NCBI GenBank assembly: GCA_045586205.1
Contig: JAZMZW010000149.1
Coordinates: 4,084 to 68,083, forward strand
Source of the DNA: Faecousia sp.
GTDB lineage: Bacteria; Bacillota; Clostridia; Oscillospirales; Oscillospiraceae
Length of the DNA: 64,000 nt
Reading direction: 5' to 3'
Below, in pieces: positions 33,886 to 41,252 of this stretch. The position numbers were made by a program, and so were the translations under genes. Numbering within the stretch: the stretch's first letter is position 1; each line of letters begins with the position of its first letter. Under the pieces are notes generated by a model. It did no database searches. It was not told the DNA's origin and saw only the letters and a list, made by a program, of their open reading frames with translations.

Positions 33886-34077
33886 TCAGTTTTTCTCCTT
33901 GGGCGGTTTCAGCCCTGCGGATTCCAAGGCACGGGGCCAAGGGCCGAGAAAAGCCTTAATACGGGCGCAAGTCCCACTGTCGAAATCCTTTTTTCCGGGC
34001 AACCGTCCCAATTCCTCATACTTGCGTCGCAGAAGCTCCTCCGCCCAGGCCTTCTTTTCTTCAGTTGTCACTTGCAT
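33886..34077 (-). CDS. Small 63-aa protein resembling the homing-endonuclease-associated repeat (HNH_repeat)
   Basis: EELGRLP...FLGPWPRALESAGL; AAAGGAGGG RBS; first gene after the riboswitches. Confidence 0.7.
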   Translation of the reverse strand: MQVTTEEKKAWAEELLRRKYEELGRLPGKKDFDSGTCARIKAFLGPWPRALESAGLKPPKEKN

Positions 34078-34109
34078 CCCTCCTTTGCATGAAATTCGCC
34101 TCCCACAAA

Positions 34110-34165
34110 CACAAAAGGGTGCAACCCATTTATCCCCAAGTACGGATAAATACGGTTGCACCCTC
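34110..34165 (-). terminator. Riboswitch-controlled terminator 2
   Basis: AGGGTGCAACC...GGTTGCACCCT-TTTGT on the minus strand. Confidence 0.8.
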
Positions 34166-34187
34166 CTGTCAAAGTGTGAAGACCCCA

Positions 34188-34282
34188 TCAATACAGCAGG
34201 CTCTCTGACTTATGGCATATGCCAAACACAGCAATGGACGGTTGTTTCGGCCTCTCACCGAATCACCTGACTGTACCGAATA
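34188..34282 (-). ncRNA. Short cobalamin riboswitch (class II-like)
   Basis: TACAG...CAGGTGATTCGGTGAGAGGCCGAA...ATTGCTGTG...AAGTCAGAGAGCCTGCTGTA: T-loop hairpin and B12-box-like 3' end, no large P6 extension. Confidence 0.7.
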
Positions 34283-34302
34283 TTCGATTTTTCTTTTTGA
34301 AG

Positions 34303-34346
34303 CAAAGAAAAAACTGCAACAACTCCACATAGAGTTGTCACAGCCG
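34303..34346 (-). terminator. Riboswitch-controlled terminator 1
   Basis: GCTGTGACAACTC...GAGTTGTTGCAGT-TTTTTCTTT on the minus strand. Confidence 0.75.
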
Positions 34347-34397
34347 TTTTTCCGCAACAAAAAACCACAGAATCTGTACTTGAAGAGGCGTGTCTGT

Positions 34398-34590
34398 CCC
34401 CCTTTAAGCAGTTCTCCTGACTTGCGGATCGACAGCACACATACAGCTTTCTCAGCTTACGCCAATGACCGACTTTCGTCTGATATGGGAGCCTCCACGC
34501 ATACAGTGGCGGTACCGTCCGAGATTCTCACTCGGTTTTCTATTCTCCTGTGAGGCTGTTACCGCGTTCACAGGCACTTACGGGGTGTAT
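34398..34590 (-). ncRNA. Cobalamin (AdoCbl, class I) riboswitch
   Basis: AAGTGCCTGTG..CACAGG, AATAGAAAACCGAGTGAGAATCTCGGACGGTACCGCCACTGTA, GTCATTGG..CTGAGAAAG, AAGTCAGGAGAACTGCT. Confidence 0.9.
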
Positions 34591-34606
34591 TCACTTACCG
34601 CAGATG

Positions 34607-34635
34607 ATGATAACACACTTCCCCCGGTTTGTCAA
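34607..34635 (-). promoter_or_regulatory. Sigma-A promoter of the B12 operon
   Basis: TTGACA-17 bp-TATCAT with extended TG. Confidence 0.75.
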
Positions 34636-34648
34636 TGGGAAAAAGGGC

Positions 34649-34677
34649 TTGCTCTGTGGGAGTTTTTAGGATATAAT
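34649..34677 (+). promoter_or_regulatory. Divergent sigma-A promoter of the NUDIX-xth-NlpC operon
   Basis: TTGCTC-17 bp-TATAAT. Confidence 0.6.
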
Positions 34678-34701
34678 ATAGAAAAACAAGGAGGATAGAA
34701 T

Positions 34702-35100
34702 ATGACAGATGTTGTTGCTGCATTGATTTTTGAAGAAGACCGTTTCATGATCTGTCAGAGACCCGCACATAAGAAGCGTGGGCTTCTCTGGGAATTTGTG
34801 GGAGGCAAGGTAGAGCCGGGAGAGAGCAAGGAAGAAGCCCTGATCCGTGAGTGCCGTGAGGAACTGGATGTGACCGTAGAGGTCGGCCCTCTGTTCATCA
34901 CCGTAGATCACCAATACCCCGACCTCCATGTTGTCCTCAGTGTATTCAAAGCCCGTATTGCACAGGGCGTACCCGTACTGAAGGAACACAATGACCTGAA
35001 GTGGATCTCCGTTTCCGAGATCCCCAACTATGAGTTCTGCCCCGCAGACGGCCCTGTATTGGAGGCTCTGCTGAACGGGGAGAAAGGAGAATCACGATGA
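34702..35100 (+). CDS. NUDIX (d)NTP pyrophosphohydrolase (MutT/NudG-like)
   Basis: WEFVGGKVEPGESKEEALIRECREEL Nudix box. Confidence 0.92.
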   Translation: MTDVVAALIFEEDRFMICQRPAHKKRGLLWEFVGGKVEPGESKEEALIRECREELDVTVEVGPLFITVDHQYPDLHVVLSVFKARIAQGVPVLKEHNDLKWISVSEIPNYEFCPADGPVLEALLNGEKGESR

Positions 35101-35861
35101 TCAAATTTATTTCCTGGAATGTTAACGGCATCCGTGCCTGTCTGGACAAGGGCTTCCGTGAGCAATTCGTCAATTTGGATGCGGATTTCTTCTGCCTGCA
35201 GGAAACCAAGGCACAGCGAGAGCAGGTGGCTTTGGAGCTGCCGGGCTATGAGCAATTCTGGTATTCCGCAGAGAAGAAGGGCTATTCCGGCACTGCCATC
35301 TTCGCCAAAAAAGCCCCTCTGTCCGTGACCTACGGTGTAGGTGTGGAGGAGCTGGATCACGAGGGCAGACTGATCTGTCTGGAATACGAGGGCTTCTACC
35401 TGCTGACCTGCTACACCCCCAATGCACAGGATGGACTGAAGCGACTGGATCACCGCATGGCTTGGGAGGATGCCTTCCGTGCCTACTTGCAGAAGCTGGA
35501 TACTGCCAAGCCCGTCATTGTCTGCGGTGACCTGAATGTAGCCCATCAGGAAATCGACCTGAAGAATCCCAAGACCAATCGTGGAAATGCAGGCTTCTCC
35601 GACGAAGAGCGCGAGAAATTCGGCACACTTCTGTCTGCCGGCTTTACCGACAGCTTCCGCCATCTGTATCCCGATGTAACGGGAGCATATTCCTGGTGGA
35701 GCTACCGTGCCAATGCCCGAAAGAACAACGCAGGGTGGCGCATCGACTATTTCTTAGTCTCCGACCGTCTGCAAGGGCTCATCAAGGAAGCCGCCATCCA
35801 CAGTGAGATCTACGGCTCCGACCACTGTCCCGTGGAATTACAGCTTGATATGGAGGTATAA
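35097..35861 (+). CDS. xth: Exodeoxyribonuclease III / AP endonuclease
   Basis: SWNVNG, CLQETK, GDLNVAH, WRIDY, SDHCP. Confidence 0.96.
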   Translation: MIKFISWNVNGIRACLDKGFREQFVNLDADFFCLQETKAQREQVALELPGYEQFWYSAEKKGYSGTAIFAKKAPLSVTYGVGVEELDHEGRLICLEYEGFYLLTCYTPNAQDGLKRLDHRMAWEDAFRAYLQKLDTAKPVIVCGDLNVAHQEIDLKNPKTNRGNAGFSDEEREKFGTLLSAGFTDSFRHLYPDVTGAYSWWSYRANARKNNAGWRIDYFLVSDRLQGLIKEAAIHSEIYGSDHCPVELQLDMEV

Positions 35862-35863
35862 GC

Positions 35864-37474
35864 ATGAAACGATTTCTTTCCCTAATCCTGTGTCTTGCCC
35901 TGTTCCTTGGCTGTGTCCCCTTTGCAAGTGCCTACAGCAATCTGGCATTCTGGGCAGAGGAGGCCGTTACCGCCATGTATGACTTGGGTCTTCTTCCCGA
36001 GTCCTTGCAGAAGGCAGACATGACCCGTGCCATCACCCGTGAGGAAATGTGTAAAATGGCAGTGCTGGTTTTCTCCAACCTCATTGGTGGCTACCCCTAC
36101 CCCGACTCCACCAATCACTTTGACGATACGAACGATTCCGACATTTGCTTCGCCTATGAGCAGGGCATTATTTCCGGCTACGGCAACGGCAAATTCGGCC
36201 CGAAGGATCTGTTGACCCGTGAGCAGTTTTTCAAAATCACCCACAACCTCATGAACACCGCCTACTGCGTTCCTCAAGCAGAGCTTGCTCCCTTGAGCAA
36301 TTTCAAAGATGGGAACAAGGTCAGCAGCTATGCCGTAGAGTCCACACAGCTTATGGTTGCCATCGGCATCGTGCAGGGCTCTAAGGGCAATCTGAATCCC
36401 AAGAGCAACACCAGCTGTCAGGAAGCTATCCTGATGTTCTTCCGTGCCTATGAATACATGACCAACTGGTTCAATGCCCAGACGGAGGAAAGCAAGCAGA
36501 TCATGATCGAAGAGCAGGGTTATTCCGGCATTGCCCCCTGGGCCATCAACTCCGTCATGACCATGCAGGAAAAGTATATGATCCCCGGCAGTCTGAACAA
36601 CTGCAACATGACCCATGCCATTACCCGTGAGCAGATGTGCTCTGTGGCAATGCTGTCCTACCGTGCCGCTACAGGCATCACCTATACCGCCAAGAGCATT
36701 AACCATTTTGATGACACCAAGTCCGCAGATGTCTGTGCCGCCTATGAGCTGGGCATCATTACCGGCTATGGTAACCGTCGTTTCGGTCCCAAGGACAATC
36801 TGACCCGTGAGCAGTTCTTCAAGATCATGGCGAACTTCATGGCAGTCATCGGCTATCCCCGTAATGACAGCAAATCCGTCTCCCTTTCTTCTTACAAAGA
36901 CGGCTCCAAGGTAGCCTCTTGGGCTCAGGCCCCCACCCGCCTGCTGATCTACATCGGCGCAGTCATGGGTGACGGCAAAAATCTGAATCCCAAGGATGCC
37001 ACCACCATTCAGGAAGCCCTGACGGTTTTCCTCCGTTGCTATAACTTCACTGTCAACTGGCAGACAGAGCATCCCGACGGAAAAGATCCCACCGCCACTC
37101 TCATGGAAGACTTGGTTGCCTATGCTCTGAGCTACAAGGGCTATCCCTATGTTTACGGTGGTAACGGCCCCAACAGCTTCGACTGCTCCGGCTTCGTGCT
37201 GTATGTGTATAAGCACTTCGGCTACAGCTTCACCCGCCGTGCCTCTACCCAGTATAATGACGGTGTCAAGGTCAAGAGAAGTGAGCTCCTCCCCGGAGAT
37301 CTGGTCTTCTTCCACAACAAGACCAGCTACATCACCCATGTAGGTCTGTACATCGGCAATGATCAGTTTATCCATGCCGCCAACCCCAGTCAGGGCGTCC
37401 GCATCGACAGCCTGACCAGCAATTATTACTCCACCCGTTATTACGGCGCATGCCGAATCGTAACGGATCAGTAA
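35864..37474 (+). CDS. SLH-domain NlpC/P60 peptidoglycan endopeptidase
   Basis: Signal peptide, two duplicated SLH blocks (GIISGYG..F.P...TRE), FDCSG...HVGLY...HA. Confidence 0.92.
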   Translation: MKRFLSLILCLALFLGCVPFASAYSNLAFWAEEAVTAMYDLGLLPESLQKADMTRAITREEMCKMAVLVFSNLIGGYPYPDSTNHFDDTNDSDICFAYEQGIISGYGNGKFGPKDLLTREQFFKITHNLMNTAYCVPQAELAPLSNFKDGNKVSSYAVESTQLMVAIGIVQGSKGNLNPKSNTSCQEAILMFFRAYEYMTNWFNAQTEESKQIMIEEQGYSGIAPWAINSVMTMQEKYMIPGSLNNCNMTHAITREQMCSVAMLSYRAATGITYTAKSINHFDDTKSADVCAAYELGIITGYGNRRFGPKDNLTREQFFKIMANFMAVIGYPRNDSKSVSLSSYKDGSKVASWAQAPTRLLIYIGAVMGDGKNLNPKDATTIQEALTVFLRCYNFTVNWQTEHPDGKDPTATLMEDLVAYALSYKGYPYVYGGNGPNSFDCSGFVLYVYKHFGYSFTRRASTQYNDGVKVKRSELLPGDLVFFHNKTSYITHVGLYIGNDQFIHAANPSQGVRIDSLTSNYYSTRYYGACRIVTDQ

Positions 37475-37662
37475 GCTTTCCCATATAATACTGTTTCTTG
37501 ATAAAATGGTTAGAAAACCATTTTATCGCAGGATAAATATCCTGCACCGCCTTAGGCGGAAGAAACAGTATTACACGGCATTTCGTGGCGGCCTTGCCGC
37601 CATGCCGCTGATAAGCGGCATAATAAAACGGTCAATCCGTTTTATTAGAAATAAGTATAAGC

Positions 37663-37712
37663 AAAAACATCACCGCAGTCTGAGTAAGCCTCGGACTGCG
37701 GTGATGTTTTTT
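37663..37712. terminator. Bidirectional terminator
   Basis: AAAAACATCACCGCAGTC...GACTGCGGTGATGTTTTT. Confidence 0.85.
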
Positions 37713-38154
37713 AGGTTTCCTCACAGGATTTTCGGAATTGCGCCAGCTTTTGATTCATAGCCTTGGTTTTCTTCCGTGTGGTCAGGTAGATCACCGCCCA
37801 GATCAGGGCATAACTCAGTAGGAAGACGGTGCTGAAGATCAGCATAGCGCGACCTTCCATGGCGAGCCAGCCGTTAAACAGGTAGATCACAAGATAGCTC
37901 AAATACAGCACGCCCCCGTGGATCAGGATGGCGGTGAGTAGAGGCAGGCGTTCCACATGATACACCGCATTGATGCCTCCTGCCACAAAGGCCAGCAGGG
38001 TCACTGTCAGCAGTTCCGAGATCACCTTGTTCACATGCAATTGGCTCACCTGCCCTGTGCAGAACAAGATCCAATAAACGATTGCCCACACCACAGGGCC
38101 GCCCCAAGCCGCAAGAAAGCCCCTGCGGAAAAAGTCCTTTATCCAAGTTTTCAT
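37711..38154 (-). CDS. DUF3021-family membrane protein (LytTR system partner)
   Basis: 4 TM segments, LIH...NGW, MNQKL; overlaps the LytTR gene. Confidence 0.8.
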   Translation of the reverse strand: MKTWIKDFFRRGFLAAWGGPVVWAIVYWILFCTGQVSQLHVNKVISELLTVTLLAFVAGGINAVYHVERLPLLTAILIHGGVLYLSYLVIYLFNGWLAMEGRAMLIFSTVFLLSYALIWAVIYLTTRKKTKAMNQKLAQFRKSCEET

Positions 38155-38594
38155 TTCCGATCTAACCTCCTTCTGATCTCCACAAGACAGCGACGGGAAA
38201 CATAGTCCCGATGTCCGCATTGGAATAGGGCATCTACCCCACCGCTGTAGGTAGGCACAAAGGCTTGGATGCAATGCTCATTGGCAAGGGTAGATTTGTT
38301 AATACGGATAAAATAGGAGGGCAAGGCTTCCTCCAGTTCATACAGTCGCCGGTTGCAACGGTATTTCTTCCCGTCCTCATAGATGGCATAGACCTTCCGA
38401 TCCTCCACAGTGATACAGTGGATTTGTCCCAGAGGCAGGGAACGTGTTCCCCTATGGTCAGATACCTCCAAGGTCTGCTCCTGTACATGGGAGCGCAGGA
38501 GCTCCTCGATTTGGCGGGTCAGTTCACTTGGGCTGTGGACATAGGCAACGATTTTTTCTTCCCCGTCGGGATCTACGATAAGTTCAAACTTCAT
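38151..38594 (-). CDS. LytTR-family DNA-binding regulator lacking a receiver domain
   Basis: RLYELEE.L...FIRINKSTLAN...YVSRR. Confidence 0.92.
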   Translation of the reverse strand: MKFELIVDPDGEEKIVAYVHSPSELTRQIEELLRSHVQEQTLEVSDHRGTRSLPLGQIHCITVEDRKVYAIYEDGKKYRCNRRLYELEEALPSYFIRINKSTLANEHCIQAFVPTYSGGVDALFQCGHRDYVSRRCLVEIRRRLDRK

Positions 38595-38607
38595 CTGTCA
38601 CACTCCT

Positions 38608-39339
38608 TTACTGCTTGCGCATTTGTCTGAGGAACAGTAGCACAGCCACCACAGCCGTAGCCGCTGCATACAGGAGCACAGGGAGCAAATGGTGTAAAAC
38701 TCCACTTCCGTCTCCCGCAAGTGCGGTGCTTTCCAGTGCAAAGCCATGGTAAAAGGGCAATAAGCGGGCGAGCTTCCCGAAGGTCTCCCCCATAAGCTCC
38801 AAATCAAACCAGAGGCCGGACAGCCATGCGGAAACATTGGTCAGCAGGGCTCCACAGATACCTCCCACCTGCTTCACTCCCAAGACACTGCCACAAAGCA
38901 AGCCCAGAGCAATATAGAACAAGGACAGAGGCAGAAGCACAGCTAAGCCACGGAAAATCCCAATACCCCAAGGCAGTCCCAAAGCCACCGCCACCCCGTA
39001 GCAGATCCCCGCCTGTGCCAAAGCAAGAGGGAAAAAGGGCAGACTGTAGCCCAGAAGGAACTCCCAAGCCTTCAGAGGTGTGGTATACAATCTTTGCAGG
39101 AAGGCACTTTCCCGATCCTTTGCCACCAAGGTTGCGGAAAAGAGGGTCAGGAAGGACAGTCCGAATACGCACATGCCCGGAGCAAGCCGTTCCATACGGA
39201 ACAGCTCCACAGAGGCTTTCCGTTGCAGGGCGGTCATAAGAAACAACAAGACCAGAGGAAAACCCAAGCCAAAAAGCACATTCAAGGGGTCACGGTAGAC
39301 CTCCTTCATACAGCGTTTGGAAAAAGCCGTAACTCTCAT
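38608..39339 (-). CDS. ABC-2 type exporter permease
   Basis: RDP..LFGLGFPL, DRESAFLQRLYTTP; 6 TM segments. Confidence 0.88.
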   Translation of the reverse strand: MRVTAFSKRCMKEVYRDPLNVLFGLGFPLVLLFLMTALQRKASVELFRMERLAPGMCVFGLSFLTLFSATLVAKDRESAFLQRLYTTPLKAWEFLLGYSLPFFPLALAQAGICYGVAVALGLPWGIGIFRGLAVLLPLSLFYIALGLLCGSVLGVKQVGGICGALLTNVSAWLSGLWFDLELMGETFGKLARLLPFYHGFALESTALAGDGSGVLHHLLPVLLYAAATAVVAVLLFLRQMRKQ

Positions 39340-40064
39340 ACGCTTCCCTCCTTTACCATCGCCAAAAATGCATCCTCAAAGCGTGCCGTTCCCGTAGCAT
39401 CCATCAGTTCAATGGGTGTTCCCGCAGTCAGAAGTTTTCCTCCTTTTAAGATACCCACACGGTCTGCCAAAGCCTCCGCTTCCTCCATGTAATGGGTGGT
39501 CAGGATCATGGTGACCTTTCCCTTCAAGCTTCTGATCCGTTCCCACAGCTCCCTGCGCCCCATGACATCCAAGCCCAAGGTTGGCTCGTCCAGAAAGAGG
39601 ACGGAGGGCTTGCCGATCAAAGCCAGTGCAATGCTGACCCGCCGTTGCCAGCCCCCGGAGAGCTTCCCTGCCCGTCGGGCAAGGACTTCTTCCAAGCAGA
39701 AGTCACGGGACAGCTCCGAGATCCGTTCTTCGGTCTGCTTTTTGTTCATGCCGTAGATCCCACACAGAAGCTCCAAATTTTCCTGTACCGTCAGATTGGG
39801 CGCGAGGGCGGTTTCCTGAGGGGCTACCCCAAGGAGCCGTTTGACCTTGTCCGACTCCTTGCACACGCAGTAGCCTTCCACAAAGGCCTCCCCCTCCGTA
39901 GGTCGAGTCAAGCAGGACAGCATGCGGATAGCGGTACTTTTCCCCGCTCCGTTGACCCCCAGAAGGGCAAAAAGCTCCCCCTTCAAAACCGTCAGATCCA
40001 AGCCGTCTACCGCTGTGATCTTCCCGTATACTTTTTTCAGACCTTTTGTTTCAATCGCAAACAC
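39336..40064 (-). CDS. ABC exporter ATP-binding protein
   Basis: GVNGAGKS, LSGGW, FLDEPT, TTHYM; GTG start after GGAGG. Confidence 0.92.
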   Translation of the reverse strand: MFAIETKGLKKVYGKITAVDGLDLTVLKGELFALLGVNGAGKSTAIRMLSCLTRPTEGEAFVEGYCVCKESDKVKRLLGVAPQETALAPNLTVQENLELLCGIYGMNKKQTEERISELSRDFCLEEVLARRAGKLSGGWQRRVSIALALIGKPSVLFLDEPTLGLDVMGRRELWERIRSLKGKVTMILTTHYMEEAEALADRVGILKGGKLLTAGTPIELMDATGTARFEDAFLAMVKEGSV

Positions 40065-40094
40065 AGTTTTCCCCTCCTCCGGTGGTTTTTTCTC

Positions 40095-40162
40095 ATTATA
40101 CCACAGAAAAAAGAAAAAATCTGCCCTCTCTGCCTCATCGGTAGCAAGCCCCGCCTCATCGG
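40095..40162 (-). promoter_or_regulatory. LytTR-type promoter: direct repeat CCGATGAGGC-N11-CCGATGAGGC upstream of TGnTATAAT
   Basis: Repeats at 40132-40141 and 40153-40162; -10 box at 40095-40100; no recognisable -35 box. Confidence 0.7.
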
Positions 40163-40245
40163 CAAACCGGAGGACGTTATGAGTTATGAGTGATGTGAAG
40201 TTGAGCGTAGAAATCGGAAGTCTGCAAAACCGGAAATGGAGTTTT

Positions 40246-40278
40246 ACAAAAAACACTCCCTACGGGGAGTAGGGAGCG
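40246..40278 (-). terminator. Intrinsic terminator
   Basis: CGCTCCCTAC..GTAGGGAGTG-TTTTTT. Confidence 0.7.
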
Positions 40279-40295
40279 GAGAGTTTTGGAATGTA

Positions 40296-40778
40296 TTATG
40301 TGTTGGAAAGGAACATTGCCAAATAGGCCGCAGAAGGGATAAGGCATCCAAGCCAATCCAAGACAGAGCTGAAGCCTCTGGTTCTCGTGCGACGGAGAAG
40401 GACAAAATATTGACCGTATTCACGCAGATTCCCATAAGCAAGAGACAGGAACAGCGCCACAGCTTCCACAAGTCCCAGCAGTAGCCCAAGGACCAGAACA
40501 GGGTACTCCAGCCATGAGATCCATGAGAAAAGCATGCCCACAAAGAAGATGCCCAAGCCCCCAAGGAACAGATAGTTGACAGGGTATAAGATACCAAGTC
40601 CCCTCTCCCTGTGAAGCTCCCGATACAACCAGTAATTTGTATAGCCCTTCGTGTGCTTCTTCACAAAGGATCTGCTCATTTTCTTCACCTCGCAGTAAGC
40701 CGATACCCCCATGCGAAAAAAGAAATAAGCAAATACACTGATCAGAAAATATAAAACATTGATCCCAAAAAAGGACAT
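40296..40778 (-). CDS. Hypothetical membrane protein (about 4 TM segments)
   Basis: Hydrophobic segments, AAAGGCGG RBS, downstream terminator. Confidence 0.7.
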   Translation of the reverse strand: MSFFGINVLYFLISVFAYFFFRMGVSAYCEVKKMSRSFVKKHTKGYTNYWLYRELHRERGLGILYPVNYLFLGGLGIFFVGMLFSWISWLEYPVLVLGLLLGLVEAVALFLSLAYGNLREYGQYFVLLRRTRTRGFSSVLDWLGCLIPSAAYLAMFLSNT

Positions 40779-40992
40779 GAGATATACCGCCTTTCGTCAT
40801 GGTGTGAAAAAGAGTTTATCTAATTAAATTATACCATAAATTAAGTTGTTTTGCATACAAGTGATAAGCGATGCAGCTTTGCTGTGATAGGTGATGCGAT
40901 GCGTTCCACACACGCGCTGAAGGCGTGCATCACGGGCGAAGCCTGCATCACGCACGAAGTGTGCATCACGTTCCGCAAGGAACGCATCACTC

Positions 40993-41032
40993 AAAAAGAC
41001 CTCTTTCGCCCAAAAGCGAAAGAGGTCTTTTT
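40993..41032 (-). terminator. Terminator downstream of tRNA-Ser
   Basis: AAAAAGACCTCTTTCGC / GCGAAAGAGGTCTTTTT. Confidence 0.8.
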
Positions 41033-41033
41033 G

Positions 41034-41125
41034 TGGCGGAGAGGGCGGGATTCGAACCCGCGAGACGCTTTTAACGCCTACACGATTTCCAGTCGTGCGC
41101 CTTCGGCCAGCTCAGCCACCTCTCC
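41034..41125 (-). tRNA. tRNA-Ser(GGA)
   Basis: GGAGAGG acceptor stem, CT-GGA-AA anticodon loop, long variable arm, GGTTCGAATCC, encoded CCA. Confidence 0.97.
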
Positions 41126-41157
41126 ATACGCCAGTCTCTCTTGAAACCAGCTTGTTT

Positions 41158-41186
41158 ATTATACTCCATGGTTCCCGATTTGTCAA
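41158..41186 (-). promoter_or_regulatory. Consensus sigma-A promoter of tRNA-Ser
   Basis: TTGACA-17 bp-TATAAT. Confidence 0.85.
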
Positions 41187-41252
41187 GCTTTTTCTTGCAA
41201 AATTTTTGCTATTTTTTGCAAATTGAAAAAAGACTTGGGAAACATCCCTGCA

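Noticed and set aside
41034-41125. tRNA-Ser as an integration site
   Set aside because: No integrase and no duplicated tRNA 3' end seen in the window.
40851-41144. 97-aa ORF with CIT repeats
   Set aside because: Translation of the GCATCAC hairpin array and the antisense of tRNA-Ser; not a credible protein.
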